Positions 47,390 through 61,100 of a stretch of DNA of 64,000 bases are shown here, piece by piece. The stretch's first letter is position 1; every line of letters starts with the position of its first letter. A model generated the notes under the pieces. The model saw nothing but the letters and a program-made list of their open reading frames with translations. It was not told the DNA's origin and did not search any database. The stretch covers positions 108,051 to 172,050 of the forward strand of contig JAADVB010000006.1 of the NCBI GenBank assembly GCA_023334545.1, given 5' to 3'. Position numbers and translations under genes: made by a program. The stretch is from Salisapilia sapeloensis CBS 127946 (taxonomy: Eukaryota > Protista > Oomycota).

Positions 47390-48571
47390 TTACGTGTATG
47401 TCATTGGATCGACGTGACGCACTTGAGGCTGCGTCATGCCCGTCGCTTGAACAGAATAAGCAAACTGCCATCCATGTGCCGCTGCACCGATGTCACCTCG
47501 ATTGTTTAGGCAGACCAGTGCTCCTTTAAAGTTCGGATACGCCTTGCCGATACGAGCTAAGGCTAGCTCACACGCTACTTGTGGCTATGGCGTATAAGTA
47601 AGTTCGTTTGGGTAATTGTACATTGGAGAGTACGTGGATGCCCGTTGCCATGTATTGGACTGCGTGGAGAGTAGGTAAGAAGCGCATCATGACGTCTCCG
47701 TCGCCAGTAGCAGCAGCACCACCGGCCGTAGAGTCGACGTATGCACCAGCTCCTGGAATAGCTGCGTCTCCTACACGCCTAATAGAAAAGATGATACAGA
47801 GAAGAGAAAAACGAATAGAAGCAAAGACTACCCAGCGATCTTATGGTTTGCACCGTTAGAACTTGTACCTGCTGCCATGTTCCCACCATCATCTAAGACG
47901 ACCATTCCGATCGTATCGTGGTTCGTCCTATTCGTCAGCAAGAGAGCTGACGATATCTCCTGCTCATTCTCGTCTGACTGGAAGGTTGTAGGCTTATAAG
48001 GTGGACAAGTAGAGTCTTGGTGGAGGACGTTGCGAAAGTAATTGGGTTGACAGTGCTTGGACTTCCAGTCTGTGTGCAACTGACGGGAGTAGTCTGTCTC
48101 CAAGGATGATGATTGGAACCCCATCATGATACCAAAGTCTCGAGCGCCATCACCTACCAAAAGGCTATGCGCAGAATGGTACATGACAGCTCTAGCAACG
48201 CCAATAGCGTTCTTGATCGAGCGTAGTTGACCGACTGCGCCCATGGCTCTTGATGGACCTCCATCTAAAATCATGGCATCCAGTGTCGTTTCACCATTCG
48301 AGTCAGGACTACCTCCATATCCGACTGTAAAATCACATTGCTCGATCTCGCATTGATGGCAGCCTGCAGTAATTGCATCTAGTGCTGCATGACGAGGAAA
48401 GATTGGGGCTCGGTCATTAATTGGCGTGAGAGGATACTTTGAGGTCAATTGTGCAAATGCTTTTGCCGTTGCATGAGTGAATGGCCATGTATTTATTACA
48501 ACAGCAGCATGGACTACATGCAAAAGCAAAACGGACAATGTGAATGCCTGAGCAAGCAAGTACCTTGTCAT
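47390..48571 (-). CDS. AGA: N4-(beta-N-acetylglucosaminyl)-L-asparaginase (aspartylglucosaminidase), multi-exon
   Basis: Signal peptide; VVINTWPF; [28 protein letters not shown]; HDTIG autoprocessing Thr; [14 protein letters not shown]|[13 protein letters not shown]; [15 protein letters not shown]. Confidence 0.95.
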
Positions 48572-48906
48572 TCCGGATCGGCTTACTATTAGTTTGTCAT
48601 CCGAGGAGAATCAGATTGATGGCATTGTAGAAAGAATTGACGCGAAAACTGACAAACTAGAGGTCGGACTGCATGTTTGGCACTATTTATAGCGACCATG
48701 TGCGTGCAAGCATGTGATAAGACCCCCAAGTCTCTATGAAATTGAGCTTTCCTAGTGAAACCGCTCGCACGGGCACAAGTCCATCGAAGGAAGACCTTCC
48801 TCAAACCAAATTCCATTGTCTTGCACGATTTTGCAAGCAAATTGAGACATCCTCATTTATTGAGCCGTTCCTCGTAGTGTGGTCATCTCCGTAACGTTGT
48901 ATCTCG

Positions 48907-51252
48907 ATGGAGTCAAATGAAGGATCCCTCGACTCAGTCTCGAGAATATCTACGTTGATGGGTCAATTGAAGACAGGGGAGATCAACACGGCGGAATTGT
49001 TTCATAATTTTGCTGATCTAGAAGCTTTATCGACAAACACGCCGGATGCAGTCCAAGATACAAGAAAGAAGCCAGCTTCTAATTTAAATGACATGGTATT
49101 TTATGATGATAATGGACTCCGGCCAGCAGACCCTCTGAGTCCGAGGAGTACCGGGTTTGTGTCAGCGTCCGGAATGGAGTTTGACTCTGCAGTCGGAAAG
49201 AAAGATAAGGAACTTCCGTCAAGCAGTATCTCCTTAGATGCTGGGAATCGTATGAGTGTGAAAGAATGGTTGGCATCGAGGCAGCCGAAAGACCAGTCCC
49301 AATCGCCTTCTATTCCTATCACAACCAGAAGCATAGACAGCTCTTCCGTAGCATCAGAGGAAAAAGATTACTTTGGAAGTGCTAGGGACTTCCTCGCACG
49401 AGATATGCCGAACGGATTTAGGCAAACGAAGCAGCGTTTGGATGCGCTCTTCGACTCAGAAAAATCGGAAAGCAGTCGTAGTAGCAGTCAATGGGAAAGT
49501 GGGTCGGATGAATATGGAGAGCAAGGCCCAGAAGCAGACACAGGCGAGCAGAGCCTTTCGTCTTATTCCGGATATGGCTCAGATGTGATCGATTATCCTT
49601 ACGAGCAGAAGATAGGTAAAGAAGCGCGTGAGGAGAGTCTAGGGAGTGATCCTGAGTACAATAATCATCAGCCGCCTCGAGCCTACGAGCAGGCTACTTC
49701 GCCGCGTGGTGGTAGTCCAACCCGTGAGTTGGATTCAAAGTTTCATGCCCGTGTAACGCGTTGGAAATCTCAGCGTGAAGAGACGCGCGAACGTCTTCGT
49801 GAGCAATTACGCCAGTCTGAACTAGATGAGTGTACCTTTCGTCCAAAAATCAGCTCCAAGTCTTCCCAGATGGCTGCAAAAAGACGAGGTGGAAGGTATT
49901 CCTACCAGCAAGACAGCGACAATATGGACGGAGAAGACGATAGGCTAGAATACAGTCTACACGGACAAGAAGCTTCCGAGCGCTTGTACCAAGACGTTCG
50001 AAATTACCGTGCAGTGCAAGAACTCGCGGCCAAGATTAAAGCTGAAGAAGAGGAACAAATCCAGCGAGAATGTACATTTCGACCGAAGCTTAATCGTCGT
50101 TCACTCGGTATGAAAAACGTACGTTCCAAGTACATGAACGGCTACTCCCCAAAGCCAAGCTCAGTATCACAGCATAAGCCATTAGACTCTGACACACGAG
50201 CTCTTCAAGCGTGTACGTTTGCTCCAAAGACAAATGCCATCGCTGATGATATGGTGTCAGCTCAGCTCTATTTGAGCCAGAACATATACGATAGACTCAG
50301 TCGTCCATGTGCCATCGATTCGGGATCAAGAGCCTCTAGTCCACGAAGTGTATCAGTGTCAGGGACGGCAGACGATATTGCTGTCAACGGTTTCCGACGT
50401 TCACATCGTGCTTCAGCAACAAGTCTTTTCGATATAGATGCTGGTGCCCGCCGAAGACTCATGACTAGCGACTCACGTATGTCTGCATCGTTGTCACCTC
50501 GAGGTAAAAGACTCCAGCGTCCTCGTTCTGCTGGTGGAAGGCTTGATGATGATCGACAAGATAGACATGATTCGTTTGATGAATTTTTGGCGAGGCAGTC
50601 GGAACACGAAGCCTCTCGTCGTAGGAAGAGGGAGGATGCAATTCAAGAGCTCTATGGCAATCGCAAGCCAAACCTGAATAAGAGGTCACTAGCACTAATG
50701 AAAAGTGCTCATAGAGGTGATTTCCTCGAACGCGTGCAAGTGGATGCGATCAAGAGAGAGCAAGAGAATATGAGGAAGAGCACGATTCAGGTCTGGAATG
50801 CAGACTTTACATTCAAGCCTGCGATCAACGAGACGAGTGCCAAGCGTCGACCTCGATCAGTGACGGAAATGAGTCGCGGAGACTTGCTTCGTCGAGAAAC
50901 GAGTCAGAGACTGATGAAACTTCGGATGGAACAGCAAGAGATGTCCTCTTTGACGTTCCGACCCCAGTTGAATCGTGTTTCCACTCGTCATGAAGGCCGA
51001 TTGAAAATCCTGACAAGTCCAGAGACATATCTTGAGCGTATTCAGCAGAATCATGAACTCTCGACGATCAAGACAAGACGAGCGCAGCAACAGCGTGAAA
51101 TGCAGGAATTTGCGGAGTGTACTTTCAAGCCTCGTACGATTGAAGCTCCAGCTTACGTCCAACGCATAGCTCGTAGTGTAAACATGTCCAAGACGCTTCG
51201 TCAACAGAAGGAAGCCAAAGCGAAAGCAAAGGCAAAGCCAGAATGGAGATGA
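48907..51252 (+). CDS. Low-complexity protein with repeated (C/F/L)TFxPx(I/L/T)N motifs and coiled segments; possibly microtubule-associated
   Basis: 781-codon ORF; ECTFRPKIS, ECTFRPKLN, ACTFAPKTN, DFTFKPAIN, SLTFRPQLN, ECTFKPRTI. Confidence 0.8.
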   Translation: MESNEGSLDSVSRISTLMGQLKTGEINTAELFHNFADLEALSTNTPDAVQDTRKKPASNLNDMVFYDDNGLRPADPLSPRSTGFVSASGMEFDSAVGKKDKELPSSSISLDAGNRMSVKEWLASRQPKDQSQSPSIPITTRSIDSSSVASEEKDYFGSARDFLARDMPNGFRQTKQRLDALFDSEKSESSRSSSQWESGSDEYGEQGPEADTGEQSLSSYSGYGSDVIDYPYEQKIGKEAREESLGSDPEYNNHQPPRAYEQATSPRGGSPTRELDSKFHARVTRWKSQREETRERLREQLRQSELDECTFRPKISSKSSQMAAKRRGGRYSYQQDSDNMDGEDDRLEYSLHGQEASERLYQDVRNYRAVQELAAKIKAEEEEQIQRECTFRPKLNRRSLGMKNVRSKYMNGYSPKPSSVSQHKPLDSDTRALQACTFAPKTNAIADDMVSAQLYLSQNIYDRLSRPCAIDSGSRASSPRSVSVSGTADDIAVNGFRRSHRASATSLFDIDAGARRRLMTSDSRMSASLSPRGKRLQRPRSAGGRLDDDRQDRHDSFDEFLARQSEHEASRRRKREDAIQELYGNRKPNLNKRSLALMKSAHRGDFLERVQVDAIKREQENMRKSTIQVWNADFTFKPAINETSAKRRPRSVTEMSRGDLLRRETSQRLMKLRMEQQEMSSLTFRPQLNRVSTRHEGRLKILTSPETYLERIQQNHELSTIKTRRAQQQREMQEFAECTFKPRTIEAPAYVQRIARSVNMSKTLRQQKEAKAKAKAKPEWR

Positions 51253-51402
51253 TTTGTGTATTAGTATGAATGAATCGCTTTTATCACGACGTTTTAATTC
51301 ACTCGTTCAAGTGATCTGCCATGTCGATTGATCCTTCATGCACTTGAACCATCTTCTGTTGTTGTCAATGATAAAAAAATGAAAATTCGAATTGATATCT
51401 TT

Positions 51403-54400
51403 CTACTCGGTCGTGATGGAAGGAAGGACCGTGAGATGATACGTCTTGATTTCAAGTGGTTCCAAACGCACTTGCCAAATCAATTGAGGAGCTCGTGGAG
51501 GCATGTGCCATTCGAACATGTCCATCTTATAATTGCTAAAGTCTCCACTTTCCGTCCATTTCTTCAGTTTCCCTGAAGTCGACTTTGGAGAACCAGTAAG
51601 CGAGACCTCTTCCACATCGACAATATGGAAATGACGAGCAAAGAGCTCGTCGAGAAAGACAAGTGCAGACTTGTCACTCAGTGGCCGATCTCTCGGCGTT
51701 TCTTCCGGGGCATATCGATGACGAAGACGTAGCAACACTTTCGTCGACGACAGACGCTCAAACGTAACGATCGAAATCGCCTGTGGGAGTTCATGGGCAA
51801 TACCGTCAAACATCGTACGCTTAAACTCTGTATCGGTGGAAGTAGCAGGAGGGTGATACGCGACCAGAGGAGTGTGGTAAATCGCCTCCATCGTATGACG
51901 CACGCCCAAACTAGCCGATTCGGGGCGTTCTAACAAGATGTAGTGCTTGCCTCGAGCTGTCAGTCCGTTCGTGGATGTCTTCATGCCAGTGCCATCGCTA
52001 GGTTCATTAAGTGCCTCACCAACCCCACGATGGTCATCCACTAGCGTGCGTCGGTGCACCATAAGTTCAATGCTGCCGTCTTCCAGACTACTTCCGCCTT
52101 GCGTCCGATCAGTGATGATTGTCAACTGCGCTTCCCCGCCCTTGATGTAAACCGCAGAGTTCACCGGGTAGTAGTTCCCCGCAGTTGGTTCGTACACGGT
52201 GTAGTCCCATGACGGGCGTTGGTTGCGCTGTCGACGCTGGAAGGCAAGGCCATTCGAGTCCGTATAGAACGTACCGTTCGATGCAATATTGGAAGAGTAT
52301 CGCGAAATGACTTCCTTGCCAATGTTGTTGCTTCCGTCTGCATCGTCGATGGGAACCTCATCAATTTGCCATTCGACCTCCACAAAGCTTGTGCCAGACA
52401 TGAGACGATAGGTCTGATGCGCCCAGGTACCAAAATGCTGTCGTAGCTCTGATACGTGCTCTCCACGCACGACCGAGAAGGATGTTGGACAGCCCAAAGT
52501 CTCTTCATCCGAATGATCAGCAATGGATTGTGACTTGTCCAGTATCGGACGGAAGATGTAAGCACCTGAAGCTTGATCACTAGCGATGGAAGAACGGTAG
52601 AAGCGCATCTCATGGGAGAGTTCAATGGACAAGTCTTCCAATCCAGCTTCTGTCTTCCATGTGAGGGATGTGATTTTCCCACATTGCGGATCGAAGTTCA
52701 GTTGCATGTGTTCATTCGAGATACTGCCACTTGTAACGTCATCCTTCTCTTCTGTCCATGGTTCAGACGCTTCTAACGCAATAGCTTTGAACGATCGAAA
52801 GCCAAGCATAGGTAATTCCGATCGGAAACGAAGTTGGTACGGTGATGCCTCCTCTCCAACGGGTGGCGATGCCGACAACACTTGCGAATCAACTTTCTCT
52901 CCACTGTACTCGTCATATACTTCCCACGAATGGTGATTCACGGGTACACTAACAAAATCACTACGACTGTGACCCATGCCATGGAGAATGGTCATACGAA
53001 ACTCCTTCTCGTGGGTATCCGTAAATGCACACATACTAGCGTTTGACATCCAACAGAAGTGAGTTGAAAGGTCTGACACTTGTGTCAGGTTCTCGAGAGC
53101 TGGACGGAAGATGTTGTACTCCACTTCATCAATACCTTCGGCAAGCAGGCGAGCGTAGTCGTAGGCAACATGTTGTTTCTCCGTCCCGGACACGGCATCG
53201 TGGTGTTGAACGACTGCTAAAGCCTCCTTTAGCTTACGCAAACCATCCACCGGCATGTCGACGGCGACAGTCAGCCTCTTCGCTAGCTGGAGAACACTCG
53301 ATGCCGTTCTCGTGTAGAGTTTGAGAGCAGGTCGACTAGTGTAGAAACCTGTCCAGTAGGCGTGTTTGTGATCGGCATATGGGAAGAAGTCGTCTCGCTT
53401 GACTGTCCAGGACAATCCCTCTTCATACCGTGCATCCACGTACTGCTGTGGTGTCGAATAGAAGAGATTGAGACGAGGTTCGTGGTGGTTCACGTAGTGG
53501 ATCAGCTTGTCCATATTGCTAAACCAGACACGAGCGTTTTCATACTCAAAGTCACCTCCCATGGGAATGATGAGATGGTTCCCTTTGGTTTTCTGCGCCC
53601 GATGCATGCATTCAACAATGAACGCAGGGATCTTTTCGTCCAAATTGTTCTCAGGACTATCTCCGTCGACAATCGGATCGTCATGACTGAACTGGAAACC
53701 TTTAGGTGCAGAGTAGTGATTCTGTAGGACACTCGTAAATACATTCGGGCTTTCCATGTCCGAATGTCCGTAGCCAGGACGCCAGACGAACTCTAGTTCG
53801 CGATACTTTTCTCGAATGGCATAGTCCTGGTAGTCAATACGTGCAAAGAAAGTTGCTTCGAACGTATCTTGGAAGAGAGAAGCTTGGGAAGCCGAGTGAC
53901 CAAAGTCGTCGATCTGCCATCCAATCTTTGGGCGTAGATTGAATTCCTTGAATAGAAAATCATGTCCAAGTGTTGTTTGGTCGATCATATCCACATAGTA
54001 CGGAGCTATAGAAGATAGAAGTGAGTATCTTAAAACATGGAAAAAGATCAGTAGAAAACGTACTCGCTTCGTCGTGCATGCACCATCCACCGTTTACAAA
54101 CTCAAATCGCTTTTCCTTGACCAGCTTGTGCACTATCTCTTTCGTAGCATTCGTCTGCTCGTTCCACCAACGCACAAAGAATGCTTGCTCGACGTACATG
54201 AACTTGCGATCCGGCTTCCGAGCGAGCTCTTCGACGACCGTATCCAGCACATACTGGACACCAGCATGCTGTATGGAGTTATTTGAACCATAGTAGTACT
54301 GATCCACGGTCTTTAGCCACCCGACGTCGTCGTGGGAATGAGATACGAGATGGACGTTTAGTACACCTGATTCGGCCGAGCTATATCCTTTAAACGCTGT

Positions 54401-54493
54401 ATCATATCCATCTTCGGTCCATGGCTTGTCATACTTGGCAGACGTACTCCCAGCACCGAGCAAGAGGAAAGATACGTAGGAAAGCAGTCGCAT
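51403..54493 (-). CDS. MAN2B1: Lysosomal-type alpha-mannosidase (GH38); intron near 54005-54060
   Basis: Signal peptide; VHLVSHSHDDVGWLKT, FVNGGWCMHDEA, GWQIDDFGHS, FFARIDYQD, MGGDF, YWTGFYTSRP, QHHDAVSGT, FYTDSNG, GNYYPV, ELMVHRR. Confidence 0.96.
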
Positions 54494-54661
54494 GACTGGA
54501 TGACTTGCGTATAGCGCAGTCGATTGGGGAATGGCCGCTTGAGATCCGTTCTAGCTGCTTCGCTGTGTCCGACCTTGGAAGATCCATCGAATGCTGATAA
54601 TTGTTCGAAAAGAGTTGCGAATCAGATAAACAACATCGCAACACTTGACCACGAACTCATC

Positions 54662-57600
54662 ATGGAGGAGCAGACGTCGACGGTCGGACGCAGTGTGCGT
54701 GCATCTATCGACTTCAATGGTCCACTCAATGCACTTTCAACTTCCCCGAATAAAAAACTTATTGCTGTTGGTGGTCGAGATGGTGCGCAGTATTGTTCTT
54801 TATGTCGAAGAATGGATAATTGACAAGCATGAGCTGTCTGTAGTGCTTAAGATCGTCTCGCTTGGTCCGAAAGGGTTTTCGGAAAAACGCAACTTGAGAG
54901 TTGGCAAAGCTAGTTTAAAGTTCAGTACCATTGATATTCGATGGCATCCACGTACGTCTATGCTTTATTTGTTAGTTGGGTGACATCAATCTAACTTGCT
55001 TATGCAGACCTGTCATCCTTACTGGCGACAGCAGCGACGAATGGCTCGGTTGTCATCTGGAATCTCAAGCTGGATGGTGCGAAACAAGTACAAGGTACCG
55101 ACTTTATCCATGAAAACAGTCAACAGGTATTGATATGGTATGCATAGATCGTGTTTTCAACGGCCATCGACGAGCCGTGAATCGCATTTGTTGGCATCCG
55201 GATGATGGAAATTTGCTGCTAAGTGGGTCACAAGATGGAACGGTTAAACTTTGGGTACTTCTATCCTTGTGAAAGTCTTTTCGGGAAATGGCAAACTCAT
55301 GATCACCGATTCTAGGACCGACGAGGAACGAATGGCAATACGTACCAGTCGAAAGAGTCTCGAGAAAGTGTCCGAGACGTTCGTATCAAACCTCACCACA
55401 ACTCGAATAAATTCGCAGCTGCCTTTGAGAACGGAATCGTACAGGTACTACCTCCCATGCATACATGATACGGAGAGTAATACTAAAGATCATGACAAAT
55501 AGCTGTGGGATATGCGTCAGACAGCACAGCCAGAGGAACAATTTACGGCTCACAAAGGACTGATGCTCGCTCTCGAGTGGCATCCTTCTAAGCCTAATAT
55601 CCTTGCAACAGGCGGACGAGACAAGTACTTGAAAGTATGGGATCTAGAGGACGTTCGTCAACCCAAACGTACGATCCAAACAATCGCAAGTGTCGGGCGA
55701 GTGGCGTGGCGACCAGAGAACAGTCAGCACATTGCAAGCAGTGCTTCTATCACCGATCATAGCGTCTTGGTGTGGGATACACAGCAGCCGTACATACCGG
55801 TGGCTGCAATGAAGAGCCATACGGACATTGTGTCTGGTATCGAATGGCTGGATACACCAGTATCGCCATCTTTCGCGAGCAACTATCATGATAAAGAAGG
55901 CGAGTTCGAGGGACAGGGGTATTGGCAGCACATGCTCGCATGCTCAAAAGACGGTACGTTGAAACTGCACTCGCTAGCAGACGCCGTCAAACCGCATCAG
56001 TCGTTGCCAACGACTGCGTTGGCGCTCAATTCAACCGGAGAGGTCGCCTTCTCTCACGACTACATCGATCGGACTTGTGCCTCACTACGTATCCACCGTC
56101 ATCTAGACATGAATAGCTCCCTCTTCACGGTGACAGACACGCCACAGAAGGGTAACGGTACCGTAGGAAAGAAAAAGCAGTCTAGTAAACGTCCTTCGAA
56201 CGGATGGCATGGCTCCGACCTGTCCAAGGATAGTTTAGCATCACAGAATGATCATGACACAGAATCGACAGCTCGATCGTATGGCAGCTCGAATCCTCAC
56301 GCTGAGGTACCTCGGCCATTGACACTAGGCAGAGCAAGTAGTAGTAGCGGTAACCTCATGTCGTTGGCTCATTCTGGAAGCAATCTTTTGTCAGGATCTC
56401 AGTTGCCTACTAAGTCACCTCAATATGACCAGCCGCCATATTCTGGCGGCATACCTCGTATGTCTAGCACTGGCGGCGCACAGCACTTTCGCAACGATTG
56501 GGGTAGGAGCAATTCCGATCGGATCCGGAGCGAGACGGATTCGACGCTTGAGAGAAGAGGCTCAGGTCTGCACTATGTGAACGGACAAGATGGTTCACAA
56601 GGTCATTTGGTGTCACCTACGAACGTCGACAGTGACTTTCTACCGACCACGACGCCAAAAGCATTGATATCGATCGTCTCGATGGAGAGTGCTGCCAAAG
56701 CGAAGCAGTTGGAAAGTATATTTTACGGCGATGAACAGGCATTTGCAGCTGCAGAAGAACAGCTCGAGCGTCTTAAGTCGCAGTTCCAGCAGAGCGGTCA
56801 ACTTCGAGATGCGTTTGGCTTTGATGAACACGCTTTTCGTTTCTTAGCGACCAACTACAAACTATTCGATGGGAAAGGAGTCAAGGACATGGATAATGCA
56901 GCCGATCAGGCTTGGACGTTCCCACATATGTGTGCTCATAATGCATTGGCTGCATTCGTCTGTGGAAAGTCACATCTAAGTCAGATGTGGCGTATCCTCG
57001 ATGTGCTGTATGCGAGTGAAAGTGATCTGAGTAAATTAGCACAAAAAGAGTTGTCTCGAGTGCCTTTACAACGGGAAACGACGACTGAAAGAGCTATTGG
57101 ACGTAGCTCTCTCATTGTCGACCCATCCCATACGCTCAACAGTGCCATCATGGAAGAGTTACAGCAACAGCATGATATGGAGTCGCTAGATGATCAGTCT
57201 CAACCTTCCGCTAACGACACGTTTGGTCCAGGAGACGACTTTGCCGGCGTGGCTGGAACGACGCAGCAGGCTGCCATGCTATTAGAACAACTAGACCATG
57301 TCAATCCACAGGCGATGCAAGGGTTTGATCCATATCCGCATGAATCTGGTGGAGGGAATGGGAATAACTCGGACATTTCATCCGCTCGGTTTGCAAAAGG
57401 TGCACCGTCAGGCAAAAGCATGCCCGTGGCATCTACTGCAGTAGTGAATGGGAGTGCTGTGAACGGTCAGCTGAGTCATGTTCGAGACAGTATTTTGAAA
57501 GAGCTGCTAGAGTACTATGGACAGAAAGGTGACTTGCAATCATGTGTTGCCGTTGCCGTGGTGGCAGGTAAAGTGACGAATGTGGAAAAGTTGATGGGAA

Positions 57601-58130
57601 CTGCGTGGATGCAGCAGACGTATATGCACTACGTGGACATGTTACATCAACTTCAGATCTATTCCGCTGCGAACGAAGTCGTTGCAAATTGTTCTGACGC
57701 TTCGATTCGACAAATGAACATGGTAATACTAGTGCTAGCAATTTATCAAGTGCAGAAACTAATGTTGGGCATGTAGAAATCGACGACGATTTATCTGAAC
57801 TGTTCCAAGTGCAGCAAGTCGTTTGAAGCATATTCGGCATCTAGTCCAAGTGGTCAAATAATCGTCGCGTCAGTATGCCAAACATGCAGCAACAAACCCA
57901 CTTGTTGTTCCGTGTGGTAAGGCTCTTACATATTAAAAGAAAACAGTCAAGTACTTATGAATTGCATCATGTGTAGTGAACTCCCGGTTCGAGGCTTGTA
58001 TGCATGGTGTACAGGCTGCTCTCACGGAGGACATTTGGAGCATTTGCAGGAATGGTTTGCAGTCGAAGACACTTGTCCGACAGGATGCTCTCATCATTGT
58101 TCACTCCAAATGTCTGCGCCTACAATATAG
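54662..58130 (+). CDS. WDR24: GATOR2/SEA complex subunit WDR24 (Sea2), multi-exon
   Basis: N-terminal WD40 (NALSTSP..IAVGGRD; LLLSGSQDGTVKLW; FAAAFENGIVQ|LWD; LATGGRDK; RVAWRP); helical region; C-terminal CSVC|ELPVRGLYAWCTGCSHGGHLEHLQEWF..CPTGCSHHC RING-type finger. Confidence 0.85.
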
Positions 58131-58194
58131 CTTCGTATTTAAAAATTCAGAATGGTTTTGCTCCCTTTATGTACTTGCATTTGCTTTAGTATCA

Positions 58195-61100
58195 TTAACT
58201 ATTCGATCGGATGCCACTTGCTCGATAGATTGCTACAGCTGAAAGTAGAGCTCCACATGCGATGAACGTGCTGAGAAATGGAAGTGCTGATGGTTCGACG
58301 GTGTTGTTTGAAGAGTATAGAATCGGACGCAATGCTGGTATCCAACGGTGGATAAACAGTCGAGATAGAGCAAGTCTAGCTACAATGTACTGGTCGGTAG
58401 AATCCTGTGATAGTTCCAGCAGTCGATGGTAGTATCTCTCTGCCCTGTCCAAGTTAATGTCCACGCCATAGCCATGCTCGTAGATTGTACCAGCACTATA
58501 CGCTCCCTGGGCAATACCTTTTGCACTCGCACGACTGTACCATCGAAGCGCTTCCTCGTAATCAACAGCGATGCTACCCATGCCATAAAAATAGTAGTCA
58601 CCAATTCTCACAAGCACTTCGAGATCTCCACTCTCTCGATGTGCTCGAAGCAAAGCATGAAGTGCTCGTGCTTCACTCTTGTTATCTCCCACTTGAAGCA
58701 ACTTTGTATCGTACAGATAAGCCAGATTGCTTACCGAAACACTGTATCCATAGCTATATGCGACTTCATACAGAACAGCAGCGCGGTGAAAGTCATTGTC
58801 CAGGTAGTAGTTAAACGCATCTCTTGTGACTGCACCCCACCTACCTCCTTCAGCTGCAGCCATCAAGTATGGGATCGCATTCCTACTACTTCGATCCAAA
58901 AGTGCGTCTACACCGTGCATATGCATTCTACCTAGTTCTAATATCGCGTCGAAATGACCAAACTTTTTCGCAGCGATTTGATAGTAATGCATGGCTTTAG
59001 TGTAGTCGACGGATGTCCCGTGTCCATTTGCATAGCATAGTCCAGCGTTAAAGAGGCTGTCTCCATCGCGTTCAAGCATCGCTGCCAATTCAAATAGCTC
59101 GAGTGCTCGACTTCGATTGACATCTAAGCCCCCGCTTCCGTAGAAATGCAGAAACCCAAGACCATTAAGAGCTCTCGTGTCGTTTTCCTCCGCAGCCTTT
59201 TTATACCATTTAATCGCAGTCGCATTGTCCTGCTCCGTGCCTTCGCCTCTTAGGAGCATGTTAGCAAGCGCGCTTTGGGCTTGGAGGTTACCCGCATCAG
59301 CTGCTCGTTCAAAGTATTGAAGTGCACGCTCTTGATCTCGAGGAACGCCTCGGATACCCCAGTAATACAAATTACCCATGGCTACCATCGCATCAACATC
59401 TCCGTCCTTGTCTGCTCTCATCTGTTGATATTGGATCACTTCATCATTTTCTCCACGCTCTCCCTTTGTAATGTCATCTTGCAATCCATCATAAAGGCGA
59501 TGAGCTTCATGCAAAAGCTGTTGACCTCGAGAATGGTACGTGACAGATGCATCTGCAGCTGCTTGAAAGTAGTGGAATGCTGCTGCATCCACTTGTCCTT
59601 CCTTTCGATACACGTTTCCAAGTGTCATAAATGCTTCAGGTCGACCTTTAGCAGCAGTGATATGGTAGAAGCCTTTACTCAGGAAAGACATATCATCGTC
59701 TACATTTTCATATGTAGACATTTGGACGATAAGTGCCAAGTACTCTGATGCTTTTAGTTTTCCTTGATCAAGTGCTTCTAGAAGAAACGCTTTGGAGCGA
59801 GTCAAGTTTAAATCAATCTGCATGTCTCCGAGAGTCCCATCATGGCATCTTGCAGTTTCATCTGTGGTATATCGACCGAATAGGTAGGCAATACCAAGGT
59901 CGAGTTGTGCATTTGATGACTGTAAGCTAGCAGCTTCATGAAGAGTGTCCAGCCACGATGGATCACAGTTGACTATAGCTTCTTTAGCAATGTCGTAGAC
60001 ATCCCTCCCAGTGTCGGAAAAGTCACCTTCGACATGCTTATCATGGTTGAGCGCATCTTGTTCATCCTGACGGCTTTTAGACTTTACCATTGTCTGTAAG
60101 ATGAATGAAATTTGACTAGCCGCATGCATATAATATGAACTATTGGTTGAAGGTATGGGGGTGTGTTGTAAGTCTGGATGAAAGTGTTTTTCATCCAAGT
60201 ATCGCTTGTAATGTTCATCTTCAGACACTTTTTCGTTGTATACACGCAGTTGGCTCACGAACCCGCGCATACCTTCTGACCATGGACTATTCCCGATCTG
60301 TAGCGGTCCATTATTTGATATAACTCGAGTGAAGAACAGCACTTCCTGGTCAAGGATACCATTCAAATAGAATGAGAAAGAGTAATTCCAAGGCTCCTCG
60401 GCTTTGCTTTTGTCATGGCAGTGACTAGCACTCTCGGTCATATCATCTTCTGTACAGTTATAGAACGTAAAGCCGACGTGCACCCACTCCATGATCGGTA
60501 TGTCACTTTGGCTTTCCAGACCGATGTCAGTGTTCAAGTCCGTACTCACCCTTAACAGAAATCGGCGCTCGTTCGGTTTCCACCATACTGATGGCGTCCG
60601 TTGTTCGCCCTCTCCGTTTCCATGGAAGAAGATAGCACGAAAGGCATCGCTTGGTGCTGCTGTCGTAAACATCCAAAAGCTGAGTGCCCATGATCCAGGA
60701 GACTTTGTCTGTATTTCTGAATCAAGTAGCTTAAGTGATTGGGTTCCAGAGAATGTCAATACGCTATCGATAAAGACCACAGGCTCTACTAACTTCGTCT
60801 CAGCGAACACTTGGTGCTCATTTACAGTCAAATTAGCGTCATGAATGACGATCGCATCATCACATGCTACAACTGTAAACGGAGTAGAGTCAAGCTGCAT
60901 ATTGATCTTATCACTTGCATCCACATCTGTCTTTAGAAGTAGCACGCGTAGAAAGAATTCTCCAGTTAGCATGAGTCGTACCTCAACATCGTTTGTGTAG
61001 CTTAAAGAGGCATTTATGCGTGGATCGGTCACATCATTTTGTGTAGAACCTTTCTTGAGCAAGTGTGTGGTGGCAATCTCGTCTTTAAATGCTGCAAACG

